DNA of 64,000 nt from Felis catus. Its lineage: Eukaryota. Both the position numbers and the translations under genes were made by a program. Within the stretch, counting starts at the first letter, position 1. Every line of letters starts with the position of its first letter. The stretch spans positions 4,218,001 to 4,282,000 of the forward strand of contig NC_058369.1 of the NCBI RefSeq assembly GCF_018350175.1, given 5' to 3'. This document shows, one piece after another, positions 42,401 through 50,929 of the stretch. The notes beneath the pieces were generated by a model. The model did not search any database and was not told where the DNA came from. It saw only the letters and a list, made by a program, of their open reading frames with translations.

Positions 42401-44204
42401 CTCTTCTCACAAGGCCGCGGCCTGACTACGTCCTCATCCGTCAGGGGCCCACGGGTCCACACCGAGCCGCTGGGAAGGGCACCGGCGTCCGGCCCCGGGA
42501 GGGCCTGCTGGGTGTCACCACTGTCCTGCCCGGGGGCGCTTTCGGCCCCCGCGACCTCGGGGACTGCGGCAGCGGGGGAGGGGCCTGGCACCCGGTCCCT
42601 GCTCAGCTGGCGTAGGGCCTGCTCGGCGCGTTCAAAGCGGACCTTACGCTTTCGCAGCAGCTGCTGCAGGGCCTTGTCCAGGCCGTTGCGCACGGCCGGG
42701 GCCTGGACCCACTCGTCCCGCACCAGGTTCTGGCCGTCGGGTCCCAGATGCGCCCCGGCGAAGCGGCAGGTGACCCCATAGGGACACCTGCCGAAGGTCT
42801 CGAACAGCACACAGCGGGGGCCCAGGTCCGACGGCTTGGTTTCCAGGTAGCGGCCCACGTCATGCAGGAAACGGCAGCGGTCACCAAAGAAACACTTTGC
42901 GGCTGATTCCTGCGTGGAAACGAAGAGGCGACGAGGGAGGACGGGAAGGGGCTGAGACAGCCAGGCAGCCCGGCTGAGACCCTCAAATCCCTCCCCTCCT
43001 GGTTGTGTGTCCTTGGGCGCACGGGTGACATCATCGAGCCTGTTAGTCCAGCTGAAAGATGGGAATAATGATGCCACTTATGTCATAGCTTCCTGACGAT
43101 CAAACTGGGGGCATGGCGGCTCAGACCGCAGGTCTCTGGGACTTTCAAGCAACAATTACTCACCTGGACCAGGGAGGGGCAGAGCCTATTATTGTCATAG
43201 TGGGTGGGTTTCATGTGGGGCCGCCCTTTGTTCTGGCCCCGGGCTCTCTTCTGAACCTGCGGCTGCTCCCCAGGTTCAGCTGCCTCCCCCGTCTGCCCAT
43301 CTTCCAGTCGGATCCGCTTGGCCTCAGGTTCAACCAGGTCACTGCCACCAGGGTCCCCTGCCTCGGTTTCCTGGCTGGGCTTCTCCTGCCCTCTGGCTTC
43401 CAGAAACTCGTGGAACTGCTCCTTGGTGGTGAGGTATCTGCCAGTGGAGAGGCGGTGGGAGAAAGGGCTTGTGGAGGGAGTCCTTTCTGGAGCTCAGTCG
43501 CAATGCACGCTGGGGAAAGGGGCTGAGAACGCCTGTCCCTGCTTAAGTGCTTCTGCTGATGGGAAGCGCACTACTTAGAACCCGCCGACTACTGGCCCGG
43601 ATGCACCTCGAGGCCACAGGCAGGACCTATTTTGTGCCTGGGTCCCACTGCCCACAGCGCTGAGCCAAACCACAAACAGACCTGAACGTCCCTGGCCACG
43701 CTCGGCCAGAGAAAACTACACGTCCCTGCATGCCTTGCAACGGGGCCACAGCCGCCACATTCCCCAGCGTGCCCCGCGGCCCTCGCTTCAGACACAAGCC
43801 CGAGGTTGGCCGGAGGTGCCCCAGTGCCATTCCCGCCGTACGCGGAGACTACAGTCCCCAGCACGCACTGCGGCCCCGGCCGCAAACCCTGCCCGCCCCG
43901 GCAGGCACCGTGCGGGGGTCCTCAGCACACGTGACAGCCCCCAACGCGCGCGGTGTCCGGAGGCGCCGCGGTCCCCGCGGGCGGTGGGACGGCCCAGACC
44001 GAAGAGCCTGCGAGCTTCCCGTGTGGGCTGCTGCCCCCGTCGCCCAGCACGCCTTGCAGCTGCCGGGAAGGCCTCGTGAGGTTCTCCCCCGGCCCCGGCG
44101 ACTCACTGAGGTTTAATGGGCGCCACCCCCCGTTCCGGCGCGCTGGCTCCCGAGTCGCCGCCGCCACCACTCTCTGCTGGGGCCTCCGCCGCTCCCTCCG
44201 CCAT
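39407..44204 (-). CDS. DUS3L: tRNA-dihydrouridine(47) synthase [NAD(P)+]-like; 13 coding exons, 645 aa
   Basis: Exons 44204-44107, 43437-43164, 42909-42397, 42046-42005, 41880-41728, 41466-41350, 41149-41084, 41006-40896, 40645-40549, 40352-40277, 39966-39778, 39702-39574, 39479-39407 (1938 nt in frame). Two CCCH zinc fingers, [14 protein letters not shown], catalytic [22 protein letters not shown], and C-terminal [11 protein letters not shown]. Confidence 0.97.
39574..39702 (-). CDS. DUS3L: DUS3L exon 12
   Basis: [42 protein letters not shown]. Confidence 0.95.
39778..39966 (-). CDS. DUS3L: DUS3L exon 11
   Basis: [26 protein letters not shown]...[25 protein letters not shown]. Confidence 0.95.
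40277..40352 (-). CDS. DUS3L: DUS3L exon 10
   Basis: [26 protein letters not shown]. Confidence 0.94.
40549..40645 (-). CDS. DUS3L: DUS3L exon 9
   Basis: [32 protein letters not shown]. Confidence 0.94.
40896..41006 (-). CDS. DUS3L: DUS3L exon 8
   Basis: [37 protein letters not shown]. Confidence 0.94.
41084..41149 (-). CDS. DUS3L: DUS3L exon 7
   Basis: [22 protein letters not shown]. Confidence 0.94.
41350..41466 (-). CDS. DUS3L: DUS3L exon 6 (catalytic Cys)
   Basis: [39 protein letters not shown]. Confidence 0.95.
41728..41880 (-). CDS. DUS3L: DUS3L exon 5
   Basis: [51 protein letters not shown]. Confidence 0.95.
42005..42046 (-). CDS. DUS3L: DUS3L exon 4
   Basis: [14 protein letters not shown]. 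Confidence 0.93.
42397..42909 (-). CDS. DUS3L: DUS3L exon 3 (CCCH fingers)
   Basis: [17 protein letters not shown]...[22 protein letters not shown]...RPCEKRK. Confidence 0.95.
43164..43437 (-). CDS. DUS3L: DUS3L exon 2
   Basis: [14 protein letters not shown]...[28 protein letters not shown]. Confidence 0.94.
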
Positions 44205-44480
44205 CGGCCCCCCTCACGCCCGCCTCGGAGTGTGGCGGGAAGGCCTTCCGGGTCGCGAGTGCGTCTTCCCGGTCGGGCTGGGGAAACGCGCGGGCCGGGG
44301 CGCTCCAAGTGACGCCATTGTACGAGCGTCGACGCGTGGGGGCGGAGCCTCGTGGGGGCGGAGCCTCGGGTCCCAGGCCCGGGGGTGCGGCTGAGCTGTT
44401 GGCGGGGCGAGCAGGTGCTTCTTGACTCTCCCGCCGCACGCGGGCCCCCCCCGGCGGGCCGCAGTCGGCCCACAGGAGTG
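43580..44480 (-). promoter_or_regulatory. DUS3L CpG-island promoter
   Basis: CpG-dense region spanning exon 1. Tandem CGTGGGGGCGGAGCCT GC boxes (44335-44366), ETS CCGGAAG on the minus strand (44245-44251) and ZNF143-like motifs in intron 1. Confidence 0.8.
44107..44204 (-). CDS. DUS3L: DUS3L exon 1 (coding part)
   Basis: [32 protein letters not shown]; donor CA|gtgagt. Confidence 0.93.
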
Positions 44481-45429
44481 TTTAAAAAACTTTAAAGCTG
44501 GGGCTTTAAGCAAACTTAAATTCCACCTACTTTTACGCGGGGGCATTCATTCGACAGGTAATTAGTTGAGTGCCCGCGTGCCACGTGCTGTCCTAGATGC
44601 CAGAGCTACAGCAGCGACTGAAACAAGACGAATCCCTGCCCTTGAGCGCTCGTGTAGGAGCCGAGGTGTGGGCGGAGCGGTTTGTCCCCCGTCGCTGGCC
44701 TCGGCTGCCCTCTGTAGGACAGTCTGGGAATAAGGCGGTGGAATTAGTGGAATCCAAAACCGGGAGAAGCCACTGCAGTCCCTTGCCGAGCTGTGCTTGG
44801 GCCGGGAGCTCACTCCTCCCTCCTAAGATGCCCGTGCTATTGTTCGATGAGGGTCCATCAGGAGTCTCCCCGCACCGTCCGGCAGGCTCCCCAGCTCCCT
44901 AGGGAGATAGTTGGATAGGTGGGCAAACTGAGGCCCACAGAGGGCTGCCTGAACGTAGCCTCCCCTCTTCGGGGCCTCCAAGGGCTCCCTGGGTCTGCCT
45001 TGCGATGGCCTGCCCTTTCTGTGTAAGGCAATCAAGGAAGGCTTCCTGTAAGGGGAGGAGAGGGTACTGTGGACTGCCCATTGATAACAACATAAATATT
45101 GATGATGTAACATTAATTGCTTATTATAATGGAGTATTAATTATTTACCAGTAACTAAACAATTATTGAGCGCTTACTTCATCTAAGCCCTTTTCTTGCA
45201 TTAACTCACTTATTCTACTCTCTGACCTTGTGTAGAGGGAACAGGCATTCATCCCAAATCCACCTGAATCCATGAGTCCCAGAGGTTGCTGGCCCAGGGA
45301 CCGCTCCACCGTCCTGAGCCAGAGCCCGGGGAATCAGCTGCCCGCCTCTCCCCCCACAGCCTGTGGTTCCTGTGTCCTGCTCACTCGACCTCCAGAGTCT
45401 CTCTCTAGTCCATCACCACCTTTCTGGGC

Positions 45430-46048
45430 ATCAGTCTTCCATCCTGCCCGTGAGAGCCCCATCCTGCCCCTCCCAGCCACAAATCTGACCACGGCCTTCC
45501 CCTGCTCCCAATCCTTCCATGTCTCCCCGCTGCCCCAGCCCTGTACCACAGCCCCCAAGTTCCTACAGGACCCAGCCCCTGCTGCCTTCCCAGCTTCATT
45601 CCTCACCACCCCCTCAACTCAAGCATCGAGTTCATTCCAGACCTCCCACGAGCCAGCCCTACCTCTCAGCCTCTGCATATGCCGTTCCCTCTTGCGAGAA
45701 GTCTCTTCCCTGCTCCCAATTACCTTGTTCATTCCACTCACCCTCTAGTTCTCCCCTCCTCTCCCTCCCTCCTCCTTCTCCTCCAGAAGCTTCTCTAACT
45801 GCCCCCTGCTGGGGATACTGCCCCCTTCAGGCTCTGCGGCACACCTGAGCATGTCCCCCCAACCCCCCCCCCCCCGGGAATCATGGCCCTCATCATCCTG
45901 TGGCCTGCCAGGCCACATACCATCTTCCCCACTGGATTATGAGTTCAGAGAGGGTAGGAGTTGGCTCCACCTTAGTCACTCTGTGTCCCCAGCACTCAGC
46001 ACCAGGCCCAGCACACAGTAGGTGCTCAATGAACACTTGCCAAGTGAA
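45430..46048. mobile_element. L2 3' fragment(s)
   Basis: CACTCTGTGTCCCCAGCACTCAGCACCAGGCCCAGCACACAGTAGGTGCTCAATGAACACTTG is the L2 terminal motif. Confidence 0.7.
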
Positions 46049-46052
46049 CGCA

Positions 46053-46255
46053 TCTTTTTTTTTAATGCTCATTTTAAAGAAAGAGAGCGCAAGTGGGGAG
46101 GTGCAGAGAGGGAGGGAGACAGGGGAGGATCCTGAGCACAGTCGCTGTGCGCTGACAGCAGCAACCCCAGTGCGGGGATTGAACTTCCCGAATGGTGAAA
46201 TCATGCCCTGAGCCAAAGTGGAACCTCAACTGACTGAGCCACACCTACGCACCCC
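46053..46255 (-). mobile_element. Can-SINE (older)
   Basis: Diverged antisense SINEC; TSD-like TGAACGCATCTT / TTAATGCGTCTT. Confidence 0.75.
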
Positions 46256-46444
46256 TGAATTAATGCGTCTTATCATGGCTGGGAGACTGAGGCACAGAGG
46301 GGCTGGGAATGCTCTAGGGGATCCTGCCTTCACTGAGGCTGTGGCAGGGGATGAGAACTTCCAGGTGTCGCCCTGGAGAGTGTGGGGACGTTTCAGAAGA
46401 TGTCCTCCCTACCTGATTCAGCCCTGAGTCATCCTCTGAATGCC

Positions 46445-46622
46445 TTTTTTTTTTTTTTTTTAAGTTTGTTTATTTATTTTAAGAGAATAGGAGAGTCCCA
46501 AGCAGGCTCTGTGCTGTCAGCTCAGAGCCCGATTCGGGACTCGATCCCGTGAACTGTGAGATCACCAACTGAGCCGAGATCAAGAGTCAGATGCTCAACC
46601 GCCTGAGCCACGCTGATGCCCC
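46445..46622 (-). mobile_element. Can-SINE
   Basis: Antisense SINEC with poly-T. Confidence 0.8.
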
Positions 46623-47195
46623 TGGATGCCCTATCTGGACTCATTTGAAGAAGGAGGAAGGAGGCAGGGGCACAGGGGATACTGTACAGATGGGGACACG
46701 GAGGCACTCGGATGCGGGGAGGCAGGGCCCAGGGCAGGCGCTGCTGGCACTCTGGCCGGTCACTATGTATGCTGCGTGCACTCTCTCTCCCTCCCTCTGT
46801 CTGCCTAGGGGTCTCTGTCTGTCTCTCTCCCTCTGCTTCTGTCTACATCTCTCTCTCCGAGTCCCTCTTCTCTGTCTCCCCGCCCCCTCCCCGTGTCTCT
46901 CCCCCTCCATGTCTCTGTCCCTCTTAGCCAGGCCGGATGGGGTGGGAGCAGCAAGGCGGGTGCGGCCCGGGCTCCGTGCCCGACTCAGCCGGGGCCACCC
47001 CGGATTTGTGGCTGCGCCTCCTTTATCTGGGACTGCAGCTGCCCCTTATCTTCTGGCTTCAGGACACGAGACAGGGATTAGGGCAGCCCAGGCCAAGGAC
47101 ACGAGACAGCAGTTGGGCGGGTGGATGGCAAGAGCCAGGGTGCTGGGGTGTGTGTGTGGCACAGGGCGCCCGCGAGCCTTGGCAGCTGGGGCTGC

Positions 47196-47200
<5 letters not shown>

Positions 47201-47237
<37 letters not shown>
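47201..47237. repeat. (GT)n microsatellite followed by a degenerate TG-rich tract to about 47405
   Basis: About 18 perfect GT units. Confidence 0.95.
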
Positions 47238-47238
<1 letters not shown>

Positions 47239-50190
47239 CTGCTGAGTGTGTGTGACTGCGGGGTGTCTGTGGATATAATTGTGTTTCTGAGTGTGGGTGA
47301 GTGTTGATGTGTGTCTGTGAGGGTGTGTCTGTGCTTATTGTATGTGTGTCTGTGACAGTGTGTAGACATCTGTGGCTTTTGCGTGTGTGTGGCTGTGCCT
47401 CTGTGAGCCCCAGCCCCGCCCCCACCCAGCTGCCTGTCCCGCCGCCCGGGCTCCCTCGGGCCGGCCTGATGGCTTTCCCACTTGCTGACCTGGGGCCCCC
47501 GGGGACATGGCCCCTGACCTGTGGCCTGTGGCTGCAAATGGCCCTGCGGAAATGACTGCCAGCCCTCCTGTTCCCGTCCTCCCCCGCCTGGAACCGGCCG
47601 GCTCCTTCCTGCCACCCACAGGCCTCAAGGGCCCCATCCTGGCCGAGGCCACCAGCTCTAACCGGCCCCCCTGGACCCTAACTCTGACCCTGGGCTGTGT
47701 CCCCCTGTCGGGGCTGAGGCCTCTCTCCACTCTCAGCGTCGTCCAGCGTGGGGATGATGGTCAAATTAAGAGCCTCTTAATTAATTGACAAGAGCCTCTT
47801 GTCAAATTAGGGGAGCGTCTTGGCCACCATCCCAGTGACCCCTGACAAGCCCTCTCATTTCCCCGTGGGAGAACGACACTACCCACCACTCAGGGTCTGC
47901 ACGGGGCACAGGGCAAATATGGGAGCAATTTCACAGCTGAGGAAACTGAGGCCCAGCAAACTCAGTTACCAGCTCACTGTGGGATAGGGCCACGTTCAGG
48001 GTATGGAGATGGCTGAGGCCTGAACAGACAGAAGACACAGAGGCCTCCGGGCCACCCCCACCCCTGTAGGACCGGTTCCTGGGGGTCCTGGGGTGTAGCC
48101 CTGGGCCCGCGGGGCCTGGACCAGCTCCTGATGCTAAGATGGAAACTTCTCCACCGGCCAAGTCCGTGTCTTGGCCAGCAGCCGCTGGCCTCCCAGAATC
48201 TCTGCATGGGCCTCCACCAGTGAACAGAGCGCTCCCCTTGGGAGCAGTGACTGCCTGGGGAGGGCAGGGGGCCAGCCCCGGGGGGAGGGGGTCAGGGGTG
48301 GAGGAGTGGCCAGGGCAGGGGCTGAATGTTCTGGAATCATCCGGCCCCAGGTTGGAGCCTCTTCTCTACTGTGTGACCTTGGGCCAGCCTCTTGACCTCT
48401 CTGGTCCTTGGGTTTCACAACTGCTGAGCGAGCACAGAGCAGTGTGGGGGGCGGGGGCATTGCCCAGAGCTACCTGGGGGAGACATCTGAGGCGGCAGTG
48501 AGTGCGTGGAACTGATTCCCAGGCAAACACCACGGAGGCCAGGCAGGTGGCAGAGCCGGGTTCTGGGTGCACCTGTGCTGTCCCACCCCCCGCCGCAGCC
48601 TTGACCCTGGGGTCAGCAGGCTCGTGTCACCGCAGGGGCCGAGTGCCCCCTGCTCCTCACTGAGCCTCGGATTCCCTGCGCCTCTCCGTGTGCTGGGGAG
48701 ACCGCAGTCCCCTGCACTAGATGCGCGACGCTCGCTCGAGGCTCAGTTCCACCCACCCCCGCCCCACAGCAGCCACGGTCTGGGAGAAGGAGGGTTTAAA
48801 AATAAAGCGTCGTAAATACCCGTGTTTCCTGCAAATAGAACCGGCCCCTGGATCCCCTTGGCCTCCCGGGCAGCCGGGCCCAGACAGCTCCTTTGAGGGG
48901 GGTGGGGGCCGGAGGGAGGGCGCGCCCACGGCGCCCCAGTTCCCAGCTGCCGTGTGAGTCAGCCAGCGTGACGGGGTGTCTGTCACCGCCTGGCCAAGGG
49001 GTAACGAAGTGTGTGGGTTGGTGCCACAGAGCGGCCAGGGGTGCAGGGCTGTGTGAGGCGACGCGCTGGTGTGTGAGGGTGACAGGAGGGAGTGCACCTG
49101 CGTCCTGTGGCCCGGTGGCGCTGGCCGGGGCAGAGCAGGCTTCCTGGGGGCCTGAGTGGGACGGGGTCTCCGAGGGCGTCCCGGTGTCCCACCTCCTGCC
49201 TCCGTCTCGCCCCACCCACCGTGGCCTCCGCCGGGAGCCCCTGCCCCTGCCCACCCTGGAGGAAGAGGCGAATCTTTCAAGTTGCTGTTGCCATGGCGAC
49301 CATTTTACGAGCGTCCACATGCTGGGCACATGTGTGTGTCCTGCGCCCCATGTGTCTGCACACCCCCACCCCCATGGCCCCCGCCACGGCGGGGAGGGAG
49401 CGACAGGCAGCGCGGGGCGAGCGGGAGGTGGCCAAGGGGCAGCTGGTGACAGCTTAACGGTGGCTGTGGGGCGGGGGGTGGGCTCCTGGCTGCGCTGCCT
49501 GTGCGCCGAGGGGCGACGCCTCCCAGACTGGCCGGGCGCGTGTGCGCGCGCATGTGGGGGTGGCTGTGGGGTGGCGACCGCACACTCGGGGTGGTGCGTG
49601 TGTTGTGAGTTATTGGGTGAAAAGTACCCACGAGGGCTGTGTGCGCGTGCACGGCGCGGGGGGTGCGTTGTGTCCACGCGTGCCCGCAGTGGATGTGGAG
49701 TGGGTCACGCGCCACGCCCACGCGTGTGTCCGTGCGAGTTGTATGTATTGGTGCCGCGTGGCGTGTAAATATGCACGAGCAATCAAGGAGCCACTTCGAG
49801 GGCCAGTGAGCTACCTGGGTCTGTGTCTCCACTGGGAACGTCGTGCGTGTGTGTGTGTGTGTGTGCGTGTGTCAGGGAGCAGTGTGAGCTTTGGGTCCAT
49901 GTGTGTAAGTGTCCGGCTGGAGGCGAAGTGAGGACACCTGTGTGTGTGCCCGGACCTGTCCTCAGGCAAGGACTTGGGTGACTGCGGCCACCCTGTGTGT
50001 GTAGGGTCAGCGCTGTTGTCATGAGGGTGTCCCAGGACTGTGAGAACAAGGATGGCCCTGGGCGTGACCCTGCCTGGATCAAAGATCTGGGGTGGGTCTC
50101 CGTGCGAATGGTCATGGGTGCCATACCTCTGTCTCCAGGCCAGGGTGTGCGTGTCAGTGCACACGGTGACGACAAGAATGGCAGGCGCTT

Positions 50191-50416
50191 GGGGCGCCTG
50201 GGTGTCTCCGTCGGTGAAGCGTCCGATTTCAGCTCAGGTCATGATCTCATGGTCCGTGAGTTCCAACCCCGCGTCGGGCTCTGTGCTGACAGCTCGGAGC
50301 CTGGAGCCTGTTTCCGATTCTGTGTCTCCCTCTCTCTCTGCCCCTTCCCAGTTCACGCTCTGTCTCTCTCTGTCTCAAAAATAAATAAACGTTAAAAAAA
50401 AAATAAAAAAAAAAAT
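50191..50416 (+). mobile_element. SINEC_Fc with perfect target-site duplication
   Basis: TSD AATGGCAGGCGCTT at 50177-50190 and 50417-50430. Confidence 0.93.
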
Positions 50417-50929
50417 AATGGCAGGCGCTTGGGCACCACTCACCACCAGCAAGGCATGGTTACTCACGTTTACTTACTCAATCTTTACTACAACCCTACT
50501 AGGATCTACCGATAATACCCCGTGTTACAGATGGGGAAACTGAGGCACGTGCAAGCGGTATCGGCCCAAGGCCGCAGGGAGCAGACACCTGTCTTTCCCA
50601 TCCTGGACCAGGACCGGGCGGACCCGATGCCACGACTTCTCTGATACCTGCTCATCCTTATGCCCCCACTCTACCCACACGCTCACGCCCCGGCAGACTC
50701 CTGCTTGTTGAGCCCACACCCAGACATCCTACGCCGCCATGAGCCCCCGTACAGGGGGTGAGGCTGCCTGAGCGTCCCCCCATCACCGCGTAGTGATGCA
50801 ACCTGTACAAGCCCTTTGGGGGTGTGCGTGCGTGCACGCGTGTGTGTGTTGAGGGCGGGGTGGGGGGAGGGTGTGTGTGTGCGGCGAGTCCTGGGAAGGT
50901 CTAACGCCCATATAAACCCCAGGGTTGCT

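Noticed and set aside
42035..42781. 248-aa + strand ORF
   Set aside because: Antisense shadow of DUS3L exon 3 and GC-rich intron.
42910..43077. N-terminal part of the 358-aa ORF 42001..43077 as an alternative DUS3L start
   Set aside because: Intronic open frame flanking exon 3; the canonical acceptor at 42909 explains the conserved part.
48796..49832. About 290-aa ORFs on both strands
   Set aside because: Stop-poor GC/TG-rich sequence with low-complexity peptides and no splice or homology support.
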